Positions 1-8,379 of a stretch of 25,415 bases of DNA are shown one piece after another. This DNA is from a virus. Lineage: Duplodnaviria > Caudoviricetes. The stretch lies in the IMG/VR virus record IMGVR_UViG_3300017912_000876, positions 1 to 25,415 of that record, one strand, 5' to 3'. The first letter of the stretch is position 1, and each line of letters opens with the position of its first letter. The notes beneath the pieces were generated by a model. The model saw only the letters and a program-made list of their open reading frames with translations, made no database searches and was not told the DNA's origin. A program made the translations under genes and the position numbers.

Positions 1-627
1 GAGGCTTACAAATCAGTACAAGAAGCTGAAGATAAAAAGCCTGAAGATGAAAAGGAAGACGAGAAGAAGAAAAAGTCTCCTGTAGAAGTCTTACCAAAAG
101 ATGGCGGTGACGAAGAACAAGAAGAAAAGAAGGAAGAGAAGCCTGATCAGTCTGGAGAAGTTGAAAAGTTAAAAGCAGAAATCGAAAAACTTAAAGGTGA
201 GTTACAAGCAAAAGACTTAGAAGTTAAAAAGAAAGATGCTGAAACAACTGTAGAACCTAATCCTGATACAGGTGAGATTCCACTTCGTGTTGGTATCGCT
301 CAGTCAATACTTGATAAGAAGAAAAAGGCTGAGAAGAAAAACGGCAAAGACGTAAAAGAAGAACTTGAAGAAGTCAACACCAAAGATGGCACAATGACAT
401 CTAGTCAACTTAATCGTCTAAAGCAGTCATACAGCACTGTAGGAAATACAATTGATCCTGAAAAGGCAATGGCTCTTTCTAAAATGCTTAATCGTTTTGG
501 CGAAGGTGAGTTAAGACAACTAGTAAGAACAGATATTAAATTTGTATCTACTCTAGCAGTGAATAAACTCATTATGAAACACAACTATAAAGCAAAAGAT
601 ATACACGATATTAGAAGAAAAAAATAA
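1..627 (+). CDS. 5'-truncated Glu/Lys-rich hypothetical protein, possibly head-associated
   Basis: Frame +1 is open from base 1 (EAYKSVQEAEDKKPEDEK...) into the 394..627 ORF, so the listed 77-aa ORF is only the C-terminus; highly charged with a coiled-coil-like segment. Confidence 0.8.
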   Translation, partial: EAYKSVQEAEDKKPEDEKEDEKKKKSPVEVLPKDGGDEEQEEKKEEKPDQSGEVEKLKAEIEKLKGELQAKDLEVKKKDAETTVEPNPDTGEIPLRVGIAQSILDKKKKAEKKNGKDVKEELEEVNTKDGTMTSSQLNRLKQSYSTVGNTIDPEKAMALSKMLNRFGEGELRQLVRTDIKFVSTLAVNKLIMKHNYKAKDIHDIRRKK

Positions 628-1190
628 TGAATAAAACTTTTGGACAGTTTAGAGCAGATTCTTTAGTAACACACTTTAGTGAGGACAAAGACCTACCCAC
701 TATCTACTGTGATATGGATGGTGTTGTTGCTGACTTTCATGGCGGACTAAAGAAGATGGAATCTGATTTACAAAAGGCAGGATACAATTCTGTACAAGAT
801 TGGTTAGATTCACCACTGTCTGATGATAAATGGAAACCAATTGTAAAGAATAGAAAGTTTTGGAGTACACTCCCTATGATGCCACAAGCATTGAAACTCT
901 ACAACTATATTAGACCTTACAATCCTAACATATTATCAGCAGTCGCTAGACGAGATCCAAATTGTCGACCAGGTAAGTTAGCGTGGTTAAGAAAGAACTT
1001 ACGTATGACTGATACTAGTCGAATTAATTTAGTGAGAAGACGTGATAAAAAACAGTATGCTAAAGGAAACTTATTGATTGATGATTTACCGAAGAACATC
1101 GCAGAATGGAAAGCTGCTGGTGGCACTGGTATTCTACATAAATCAGTAGGGCAAACTATAGCACAGCTGAAAAAATTAGGATATAAATAG
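627..1190 (+). CDS. HAD-superfamily 5'(3')-deoxyribonucleotidase-like phosphatase
   Basis: Motif I DMDGVVADF, motif IV LLIDD, C-terminal W..AGG.GILH typical of phage NT5C-like proteins; TAATG overlap with the upstream gene. Confidence 0.85.
   Translation: MNKTFGQFRADSLVTHFSEDKDLPTIYCDMDGVVADFHGGLKKMESDLQKAGYNSVQDWLDSPLSDDKWKPIVKNRKFWSTLPMMPQALKLYNYIRPYNPNILSAVARRDPNCRPGKLAWLRKNLRMTDTSRINLVRRRDKKQYAKGNLLIDDLPKNIAEWKAAGGTGILHKSVGQTIAQLKKLGYK
1182..1189 (+). promoter_or_regulatory. T4-type late promoter (gp55-dependent)
   Basis: Exact TATAAATA about 40 nt upstream of the ORF at 1230, which has an AAGGAG RBS. Confidence 0.75.
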
Positions 1191-1229
1191 TAAAGTTATA
1201 TAACAAAACTTATTAATAAGGAGAACAAA

Positions 1230-1493
1230 ATGGCACTATGGACTATGACAGATAATACTGCTGGAAAACCTAAGTACATAACTCAGTCTGGTGTATCAGA
1301 TGATGTTGCAGGCAACATCTACGGTGTAGATACAACTGAGACAGGTGTAACTGCCGGTGTAACACACGCTGGTTGGGTTAAAAGAACAACAGGTTCTGGC
1401 GGTCGTGCAGGAAGAGTACACCACGAAACATTAGTTGCTGCTTCATCTATGACAGGTGATGCTTCTGACGATACTCAATATCCTGACAGTTAA
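1230..1493 (+). CDS. Small putative virion structural protein
   Basis: MALW start and HAGWV...GR...ETLVA motifs recalled from marine T4-like structural proteins; late promoter and RBS upstream. Confidence 0.65.
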   Translation: MALWTMTDNTAGKPKYITQSGVSDDVAGNIYGVDTTETGVTAGVTHAGWVKRTTGSGGRAGRVHHETLVAASSMTGDASDDTQYPDS

Positions 1494-1573
1494 TATTAAC
1501 AAAGTGATCTAGGCATATACCTAGAATAGCATTCCCCAAATACATGAGGGGTTAAAACAAATGGAGAAAAAAC

Positions 1574-2251
1574 ATGGCAGATAAAAAAATTACGGCCTTA
1601 ACTGATCTAGGTTCTGGAAATATTTCAGCACCAGATTTACTACATGTTATCGATGACCCAGCGGGTACACCGATTAACAAAAAAATTAGTGTGCAAAGTT
1701 TCTTTGCAAACATTCCAACAAGTGTTACTGTTAACCCAGGTGGATCTGGTTCAGTAACAATCAACTCAGACTTAGCTGACGTTGACTTTGTTGTTTCAGG
1801 TGACGTTGAAGAAGCGTTCAGAGTAGACGGTGGTAACAGAGAAGTTGTTATCAACGAAGCATCAGGTCAAACTGATCTTAGATGTGAAACTAACTCACAT
1901 TCTTCAGCATTTGTTGTAGATGCATCAGCAGATACAGTAAACATCGGTGCGCCTATTTTGATGAATCAAACAGCACAATCTTTATCAGGTGCTGGTGCAG
2001 TAGATGTAACATCACAAGTTACACACTTCACATCAACAGGTGCTTCTGAAGCATTAACACTTGCAGATGGAACTGACGGTCAGGTCAAAGTAATTGTCCA
2101 CGTAACTGATGGTGGTTCAGGTGTATTAACACCAACTAACTTCGGTAGTGGAACTACAGTAACATTTACAGCCGCTGGTGATACAGCAACATTGTTATTT
2201 ACTAACAGTGCTTGGTATGCATTATCAGTCGTTGGTGCTACAGTAGCATAA
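1574..2251 (+). CDS. Putative virion structural / fibre-like protein
   Basis: [13 protein letters not shown]-terminus, Gly/Ser/Thr/Val-rich beta-type composition, GGAG RBS, late context. Confidence 0.6.
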   Translation: MADKKITALTDLGSGNISAPDLLHVIDDPAGTPINKKISVQSFFANIPTSVTVNPGGSGSVTINSDLADVDFVVSGDVEEAFRVDGGNREVVINEASGQTDLRCETNSHSSAFVVDASADTVNIGAPILMNQTAQSLSGAGAVDVTSQVTHFTSTGASEALTLADGTDGQVKVIVHVTDGGSGVLTPTNFGSGTTVTFTAAGDTATLLFTNSAWYALSVVGATVA

Positions 2252-2264
2252 TATATAATACACT

Positions 2265-2288
2265 AGGGTGGGCAGAAATGCCCACTCT
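2265..2288 (+). terminator. GC-rich hairpin with GAAA tetraloop (terminator or processing/stability element)
   Basis: AGGGTGGGCA-GAAA-TGCCCACTCT, 10-bp stem with one G-U pair; only a weak U tract follows. Confidence 0.55.
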
Positions 2289-2305
2289 CTAATTATGGAG
2301 TAATA

Positions 2306-2593
2306 ATGATACACGAGACAATTGACAGATTGAGAGTTGAAGTTAAAAGAGACCAACTTCAACAACAATTTAATGAGTTGCAAAAAGTGATTGCAGAGTT
2401 AACTCAGAAACTTGAAAAAGTTAAAGCAGATGCAATCGCAGTAAATGGTGCTCATCAAGTTTGTGAGCAAATTTTGACAGAGGCAACAAAAGATAATGAT
2501 GAAGGTGTTGGTGATATCGTTCCTGAAAAGACAGACGATGCACCAGAAGATAAACAAAGAGACGAAAGATTTGTAAAGGAAGAACAGAAATGA
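2306..2593 (+). CDS. Hypothetical coiled-coil protein
   Basis: GGAG RBS, heptad pattern LQQQFNELQKVIAELTQKLEKV. Confidence 0.75.
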   Translation: MIHETIDRLRVEVKRDQLQQQFNELQKVIAELTQKLEKVKADAIAVNGAHQVCEQILTEATKDNDEGVGDIVPEKTDDAPEDKQRDERFVKEEQK

Positions 2594-2769
2594 ACGAAGA
2601 AGTTAAAATTAGATATGGTGCAGGTGGGGCAGTATATTATGAGAAAGTTGCGCCTAAGAAACAAGTAATTTCTGAGATTGCTGAAGATGAGGTTGAAAAG
2701 AAAACTCAACCAAAAAAGAAGAAAAAGAAAGTAATACAAGAAGTCTTTGCTGATAACGAAGACTTGTAG
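2590..2769 (+). CDS. Hypothetical 59-aa protein (not in ORF track)
   Basis: ATGA overlap with the upstream stop; MNEEVKIRYGAGGAVYYEKVAPKKQ...NEDL*; fills the gap exactly. Confidence 0.7.
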   Translation: MNEEVKIRYGAGGAVYYEKVAPKKQVISEIAEDEVEKKTQPKKKKKKVIQEVFADNEDL

Positions 2770-2779
2770 AGGAGAAAAA

Positions 2780-3220
2780 ATGAAAACTTTTAAAGGATAC
2801 TTAAACGAAGTATCAGTACACAAACCTGCAGGTGTCGGAACTATGGCACACAGTAAGTCTGTGGAAGACAGTAGCATGGGCGCTCATATGATTGAGGATC
2901 CAGAAACTTTAAAAAAAGTAAATGCATTTGTTCAATCAGTAGCAGATGGTGAGTTTCTAAACCCACAAGCTGGAATCTATGGATTAAGAGAAAAACTAAT
3001 GAGAATTGGTTTATCTTTTGATGATGTTGACACACCAGGTAAAAGTGGTACTGTTACAGCTGAAGTAAAACAATTCGGTGGAAGATTTGGTAAGGACCTT
3101 GACGGCAAGGATTTAAATGATGACGGTATTTCACACAGAAAAGAAGGTGGTTTAAAAATCAACTTCAAGTACGAAGCACACGAAAAAGGTTGTTATAAAG
3201 TCTACGCTGAACTAGTGTAG
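2780..3220 (+). CDS. Conserved T4-like phage protein, possible internal head protein
   Basis: Start reassigned from 2747 to ATG 2780 (AGGAG RBS); begins MKTFKGYLNE; QFGGRFGKD motif. Confidence 0.75.
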   Translation: MKTFKGYLNEVSVHKPAGVGTMAHSKSVEDSSMGAHMIEDPETLKKVNAFVQSVADGEFLNPQAGIYGLREKLMRIGLSFDDVDTPGKSGTVTAEVKQFGGRFGKDLDGKDLNDDGISHRKEGGLKINFKYEAHEKGCYKVYAELV

Positions 3221-3224
3221 TTCG

Positions 3225-3590
3225 ATGAAGTTTGATAAACTAACTAAAGATAATGTTTTGATGTTCGCCATCAAAGCCTATGATAATCCACAGGCATTGG
3301 GAACAAAAGAATTTTATGATGATATGAAACGTTTCAAGTATTTGAAACGACTGTTTAAAAAGTATAGTTTATCGGGCGACTTCAAAGATAGGTTGATACT
3401 CAATCATCTTATCATACTTGCTAATGTTTTCGGTGTTGAAGAATCAAATGCTTTACTGTTTTTCAAAATAGAAAAGAATCACTGGCCAATACTGAAATCG
3501 TGTTTGACATATCTGAATTATTTAAGTGAAACAGATGTGCCACAAGTTAAGAAAAATGAAAAGGTATATAAACACTTAAAGGAACTATAA
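3225..3590 (+). CDS. Conserved hypothetical protein of marine T4-like phages
   Basis: FAIKAYDNP...EFYDDMKRFKYLKRL...RLILNHLIILANVFG signature recalled from cyano/pelagi-myophages. Confidence 0.8.
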   Translation: MKFDKLTKDNVLMFAIKAYDNPQALGTKEFYDDMKRFKYLKRLFKKYSLSGDFKDRLILNHLIILANVFGVEESNALLFFKIEKNHWPILKSCLTYLNYLSETDVPQVKKNEKVYKHLKEL

Positions 3591-4189
3591 TGGGAAGAGC
3601 GATAGATTCACTGATTGTTTTTAGATTTCTAAAACTCCTCGTCACGCCATTTAAAGATACTAAGGCATACGAGTTAGGTATCATTGATGAGCGTGGAAAG
3701 AATCTAAGAAAAGCAAGAAAGTTAAATACCGAAGAAGAAAGAGAAGCTTATACTATTCTTCATCGATTAGTATTTAACATTAAGAAACTTATAGAAAAAG
3801 TTCCTGGTGGTAAAACTAAACTAGGTTCATATGCGGCCGCATTATTCTTAATTAAAGAACACGTCAAAGAAAAGATTGAAGATTGGGATATGCTTGAGAA
3901 AGAGTTCTACAAGTATATTAAAGATAATGTCGAACCATATGACTTAGACGAAGAAATACAATTTACAGATAAACTTACAAAAGGAAAATATAAGTTGATG
4001 AATGATATCTACACAGACAAAGATACAGAAGCATCAGCAAAGATTGGCGACATTGTAGTCGCATATAAAGACACACCACCATACGATCAAGTAATGGGTG
4101 TAGATATTTTTCCTGTCATACATGAGAAATCACAAGAAGAAATATACGTAACAATAGAAGACTTAGAGGAAACAGATGAAAAAGTTTAA
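3590..4189 (+). CDS. Conserved hypothetical T4-like phage protein
   Basis: FRFLKLLVTPF..T.AYELGIIDE.G and YTILHRLVFNIK motifs; TAATG coupling. Confidence 0.8.
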   Translation: MGRAIDSLIVFRFLKLLVTPFKDTKAYELGIIDERGKNLRKARKLNTEEEREAYTILHRLVFNIKKLIEKVPGGKTKLGSYAAALFLIKEHVKEKIEDWDMLEKEFYKYIKDNVEPYDLDEEIQFTDKLTKGKYKLMNDIYTDKDTEASAKIGDIVVAYKDTPPYDQVMGVDIFPVIHEKSQEEIYVTIEDLEETDEKV

Positions 4190-4607
4190 TACATTCAAAG
4201 AAGAAATCGCTAATGTCACTGGACGAGCAGTTGCAGGAACTGGCGATGATAGTTCTACTGTAGTTGTTAGACGATCTGGTAAAAGAAAACTATTTACATA
4301 TAACGTAGAACCAAAATTATTTGATAAGTTTCGTAGAGGTAAAAAGAAGTATGAGAAATGGGCAAGATACTTAGACCTTGAAGACGAAGCACAAGCCGAT
4401 ATTTACAAAACAGCGATGAAGAATCCAAAAGGAATTATCGTTATGAAGAACAGTGATACAGGCGAGGTTAGAGCTATTCGATACTCCAGAACAGGTGGTG
4501 GACAATGGCACAAAATCTCACGTGGATTGAGAACTAATGACGAATCATTAGGTAGAGTATTCAAAAAAATTAAAGAAAGTATAGACAAAGTAGGAGACAA
4601 GCAATGA
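4176..4607 (+). CDS. Hypothetical protein, possible internal head protein
   Basis: GAGG RBS; MKKFNTFKEEIAN..G.AVAGTGDD N-terminus. Confidence 0.75.
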   Translation: MKKFNTFKEEIANVTGRAVAGTGDDSSTVVVRRSGKRKLFTYNVEPKLFDKFRRGKKKYEKWARYLDLEDEAQADIYKTAMKNPKGIIVMKNSDTGEVRAIRYSRTGGGQWHKISRGLRTNDESLGRVFKKIKESIDKVGDKQ

Positions 4608-4801
4608 TGCAATGGTTAATCAACTTAACTGATAAATTATATACTTTGGCATCTTTTCTATGGTCAGCATTTTTATTGCTGACAGTGATCGTATTACTAA
4701 GTTATACAGTGCATGAATTAGCAACTATAACTGAAATCTTAAAAGGTATGCAAATTAACTCATTTGAAATTCCAAAAATCATTGAGGATATTCGAGGTTA
4801 A
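4604..4801 (+). CDS. Small membrane protein
   Basis: AGGAG RBS; one long hydrophobic segment. Confidence 0.7.
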   Translation: MMQWLINLTDKLYTLASFLWSAFLLLTVIVLLSYTVHELATITEILKGMQINSFEIPKIIEDIRG

Positions 4802-5304
4802 TGAAATCTTTTAAAGAATATACGATGCCACTAGGACAGTATCGTCCTATCGCAAAGATTGGCAATATGAAAAGTCCTGAGCCAAGACCTAAGTATGCTG
4901 TAAATGCAAACGCAAAAGGTCCTGGCTTAGGGACTATGACACCACAAGCATTACTTGCTAAAAAGATTAAAAAGTTTAAGAAAGAAGATCAAAAAAGAAT
5001 ACCTAGAAAGAAAGGTCAACCTGCTGGGTCTGATAAACATTCTGATCTATACACAGATGAAAACCCAAAAGGAACTATACATGGTCTAGGTTTTACTGAT
5101 GGTGCAAAGGCAAAACAATCAGTAAATAAAATAAAGAGCTCTGGTAAGACACATGCTCATAAGATGCAGGCTGCGATTGCAATGTCACAAAGAGCAAAGG
5201 TTGCCAGTCAAAGAGCAAAAGATCCTGAAAAGAAAAAAGACTTAGGACAAGCTCACAAAGTGTATCAGAGATATATAGATACGAATAAAAAAAGTAAGGA
5301 CTAA
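4801..5304 (+). CDS. Basic hypothetical protein, possible internal head protein
   Basis: MKSFKEY start; RIPRKKGQPAGSDKHSDLYTDENPKGTIHGLGF motif recalled from marine myophages. Confidence 0.75.
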   Translation: MKSFKEYTMPLGQYRPIAKIGNMKSPEPRPKYAVNANAKGPGLGTMTPQALLAKKIKKFKKEDQKRIPRKKGQPAGSDKHSDLYTDENPKGTIHGLGFTDGAKAKQSVNKIKSSGKTHAHKMQAAIAMSQRAKVASQRAKDPEKKKDLGQAHKVYQRYIDTNKKSKD

Positions 5305-5305
5305 A

Positions 5306-5917
5306 ATGGAACTATTAAATATAGATTTATTGATTAGTTTGGCTATGAAGTTTTGGCAATGGTCATTATTGATCGCATTAGTCATTGTTGGATTTATTAT
5401 TAATCTATTAGATAAAAGAAAAAGTAATTGTACTTTTTCATACGAAGAATTACCACACTTACAACCAGTAAAAATCTCTACTAAAGGTAAAGGTTTCTGG
5501 AAAGGTATTGCAATGTGGCTACTATCAACAAGAAATTGGGTAGTAGAAAAAGATTGGAAGTTTTGGTATAACGGTATTGAATATATTATACCAGCTGGGT
5601 TTCAATTTGACGGTGCAAGTATACCGAAATTTTTAAGAACATTTTTTTCACCAGTTGGTGTTTTATTAATTGGTGGATTAGTACACGACTACATGTATAA
5701 GTATGCGTGTCTAAAACCAGTGCCTGTCGGCGACAAGTTCGGCAGAACAGGTAAAGAGCAACTTCTATTAGTAGATCAAAAGAAAGCAGATCAAATCTTT
5801 AGAGATATTAATATAGAAGTTAATGGATTCTATTTTATGAACTATTTAGCGTATTGGTCTTTAAGACTAGGCGGCTTTGTCGCTTGGAATGGTCATAGAA
5901 AGAACGACAAAAAATAA
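5306..5917 (+). CDS. DUF1353 domain protein with N-terminal transmembrane segment
   Basis: IPAGFQFDGASIP...VHDYMY...AD..F motifs characteristic of DUF1353. Confidence 0.8.
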   Translation: MELLNIDLLISLAMKFWQWSLLIALVIVGFIINLLDKRKSNCTFSYEELPHLQPVKISTKGKGFWKGIAMWLLSTRNWVVEKDWKFWYNGIEYIIPAGFQFDGASIPKFLRTFFSPVGVLLIGGLVHDYMYKYACLKPVPVGDKFGRTGKEQLLLVDQKKADQIFRDINIEVNGFYFMNYLAYWSLRLGGFVAWNGHRKNDKK

Positions 5918-5930
5918 AGGAGTATTTCAC

Positions 5931-6089
5931 ATGGATTGGTTAAAAGCAAGAGTAAAAGAAGTATCAAGTTGGTCAGGCGCAGGTCTGATTGTACTTGGTG
6001 GTCTCATCATTCTAGGTGGTCCGTTTGTTAATTTATTAGCATGGGCTGCTGTTGCATGGGGCATCTTCTCAATCTGGAAGAAAGACTAA
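5931..6089 (+). CDS. Small two-TM membrane protein, holin candidate
   Basis: Start reassigned to ATG 5931 (AAGGAG RBS); MDWLKARVKEVSSWSG, two hydrophobic stretches, charged KKD end; adjacent to spanins. Confidence 0.55.
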   Translation: MDWLKARVKEVSSWSGAGLIVLGGLIILGGPFVNLLAWAAVAWGIFSIWKKD

Positions 6090-6093
6090 CATA

Positions 6094-6579
6094 ATGTTTG
6101 GGCAATTAAAATTGATACTCATCGGAATTACTTTATTAGGCGCCGCTGGCGCTGCAGCTTATGTGTATAAGTTGAAAGCAGACAATGCTATATTAAAAGA
6201 GAATCAAATAAAATTAGAACAATCTGTCGCAAGTCAGAAAGAAGTTATTGCCCAACAAAAAGAAGATTTTGAAACAATCTTAAATGCAAATAAAGAACTA
6301 ACAGAATTAAAAGCGAAACTCGACAAAGAGTTAGCCGCACTAGATGACAAGTTTAATAAAACAAATGCATCTGGTAAGAAAAGAGATATTGGTGACCTTG
6401 CAATTGCAAAGTCAAAAGTTATACAAAAAATAATTAATAGAGCAAGTGACAACGCTGTGAGATGTGTTGAGATTGCCATGGGCAGTCCACTAACCGAGAA
6501 AGAGAAAAATGCTACGAAGAAATCTGAAATCAATTCAGAATGTCCTTCTATTGCTAACCCTCAGTATATTCCTTACTAA
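6094..6579 (+). CDS. Putative inner-membrane spanin (Rz-like)
   Basis: Start reassigned to ATG 6094; N-terminal TM, long coiled coil, two C-terminal Cys; 3' end overlaps a lipoprotein gene. Confidence 0.65.
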   Translation: MFGQLKLILIGITLLGAAGAAAYVYKLKADNAILKENQIKLEQSVASQKEVIAQQKEDFETILNANKELTELKAKLDKELAALDDKFNKTNASGKKRDIGDLAIAKSKVIQKIINRASDNAVRCVEIAMGSPLTEKEKNATKKSEINSECPSIANPQYIPY

Positions 6580-6874
6580 TTGTGCAGGAGTAAAATCGTT
6601 AGAGGTTTTAACAAAAGAAGTAGAAAGACAACCACTTAACTTAGAGAAGCCTCAGGCTCCTAAGATGGAAAATCTGAATTGGATTATTATCACAAGTGAT
6701 AATGCTGAAGAAGTGTTTGCTAAATTAAAAGAGAACAATACAGATCCTGTACTCTTTGGTTTATCAGATGAAGATTATGAATTACTAGCAAAGAACTTTG
6801 CACAAATTCGAGCATACATCATTCAACAGAATGCTACATTAGACAAGTATAAAGAATATTACGAGGGAGAATAA
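6509..6874 (+). CDS. Putative outer-membrane spanin lipoprotein (Rz1-like)
   Basis: Signal peptide with lipobox-like LTNC, Pro-containing linker, 71-nt overlap with the i-spanin candidate in another frame. Confidence 0.65.
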   Translation: MLRRNLKSIQNVLLLLTLSIFLTNCAGVKSLEVLTKEVERQPLNLEKPQAPKMENLNWIIITSDNAEEVFAKLKENNTDPVLFGLSDEDYELLAKNFAQIRAYIIQQNATLDKYKEYYEGE

Positions 6875-7278
6875 TGTCGCAATTGGATGAGATCACAACA
6901 AAGGTTACGAAATTAGAAGGTAAGGTAAACTCAATTGAAACAATGAGTGGTAAACTAGATACTGCTATTGAGAAACTTACAGACGTTTCTACATCTATCA
7001 AAACAATGTTAGCTGTACACGAAGAAAAGATTAATCGTGGTGGTGAGATTGATGATGAATTGTTTTCACAAATAGAAATGAGAAGACGTGAACTATCAAA
7101 AGATATTAAAGAAGTTCACAGTAGATTAAATACTACATCAAAAGAATTAAGACAGTGTATTACTAATCTAAGTAATCAAATCAGACAACAAGAAAGATTT
7201 AAATGGTTACTGATTGGTGGTGCAACTGTTCTAGGATATTTTATATCAAACTCAGGAATGTTTGATCGTTGGTTTTAA
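6874..7278 (+). CDS. Coiled-coil protein with C-terminal TM helix
   Basis: Heptad repeats, LAVHEEKI motif, KWLLIGGATVLGYFI tail anchor; XhlA/holin-like architecture. Confidence 0.7.
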   Translation: MSQLDEITTKVTKLEGKVNSIETMSGKLDTAIEKLTDVSTSIKTMLAVHEEKINRGGEIDDELFSQIEMRRRELSKDIKEVHSRLNTTSKELRQCITNLSNQIRQQERFKWLLIGGATVLGYFISNSGMFDRWF

Positions 7279-7310
7279 TCGGGCGCTCCACTCTCGCTTT
7301 ACGCCCGACT
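7277..7310. terminator. Hairpin between convergent genes
   Basis: TCGGGCG (7279-7285) pairs with CGCCCGA (7302-7308); lies between the 7278 and 7327 stop codons. Confidence 0.6.
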
Positions 7311-7326
7311 GCTAGCATACTACTAC

Positions 7327-8262
7327 TTATTCGACTTTCGTAATCGCTTCTTTTGGATTTGCTAAAGGTATTAGTCCAAGACTAGTTAAGTAACCTCTCT
7401 TACCGATTGCCTTTTTATGTGTAAATGATTTTACAAACTCATCGATGCCTGGAATCACACCAACGTGTTGTCTCTTTACATAAAAGTATAATGGTCTGCT
7501 GATTGGATAAGAACCATCTTGTATACCTTCTAAAGATATTTTCTTGCCTTCAATTGTGTGTGCAATAGTTTTATCTTTATTGTTTAGATAATAAGAGTAA
7601 CCAAAGATACCAAACTTTTGATCTTCACTTTGTAATTTTTGAACAATCAAAGTATCGTTTTCACCGACTTCAATAACTGCGCCATCTTCTCTGATTAAAC
7701 TACAATCTTTTTTGTTTGCTTCTTTTACTTCTTTCGCACATCCTTTTTTCATTACTAAAGAGTTCCATGCATCTCTAGTTCCTGAAGTTGGAGGTGGTAC
7801 CATGATAGCAATTTCATAGTCTGGTAAACTTGGATCGATGTCAGACCACTTTTTAGGTAGCGGACCTTTTGCAGCCATCGCTTGCCAGATTTGACTTCTT
7901 GTGAAGTTTACTACAGGTTGCTTACCATTTTGTACAAAAGCAATACCATCTAAACCAACGATTACTTGATCGATATCAGTAACACCGTTTGATTTACATA
8001 GTGCAATTTCTTTGTCTTTAATTTTTCTACTTGCATTTGTAATGTCTGGATAGTTTGTTCCTACACCTTTACAAAAGATTTTCATACCACCACCAGTACC
8101 AGTTGATTCCACAACGGGTGTTTTAAAACCTGTTTCGCCAAATCTTTCTGCTACAACTGTAGAAAATGGATATACGGTAGAACTACCTGTGATTGATATT
8201 TGGTCTCTTGCATTTGCAAGACCTGTCATCATAATCATAATTAAAATTGTTAATATTCTCAT
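7327..8262 (-). CDS. pstS: Phosphate ABC transporter substrate-binding protein PstS (auxiliary metabolic gene)
   Basis: Signal peptide; GSSTVYPF, ESTGTGGG, NASR, SGTRD and YPISRPLYFY motifs; proteobacterial-type N-terminus ARDQISITGSSTV. Confidence 0.95.
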   Translation of the reverse strand: MRILTILIMIMMTGLANARDQISITGSSTVYPFSTVVAERFGETGFKTPVVESTGTGGGMKIFCKGVGTNYPDITNASRKIKDKEIALCKSNGVTDIDQVIVGLDGIAFVQNGKQPVVNFTRSQIWQAMAAKGPLPKKWSDIDPSLPDYEIAIMVPPPTSGTRDAWNSLVMKKGCAKEVKEANKKDCSLIREDGAVIEVGENDTLIVQKLQSEDQKFGIFGYSYYLNNKDKTIAHTIEGKKISLEGIQDGSYPISRPLYFYVKRQHVGVIPGIDEFVKSFTHKKAIGKRGYLTSLGLIPLANPKEAITKVE

Positions 8263-8306
8263 TTAGGTTTCCTATGTTTTACTTTTGAGTTAATACACAA
8301 GTATGT

Positions 8307-8342
8307 ATTACAGAAATGTGACAAGTAACAAAAGTTTAACAT
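8307..8342 (-). promoter_or_regulatory. Pho box(es) upstream of pstS
   Basis: Minus strand 8324-8307 TTGTCAC-ATTT-CTGTAAT matches the PhoB consensus CTGTCAT-N4-CTGTCAT; adjacent weaker box 8342-8325 ATGTTAA-ACTT-TTGTTAC. Confidence 0.7.
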
Positions 8343-8379
8343 ATTACCTAAATGCACATCTACTATATGAAATTAGCTA

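Noticed and set aside
1-393. Low-complexity GAA/AAA-rich stretch as a repeat or array
   Set aside because: Explained by Glu/Lys-rich coding; no periodic unit
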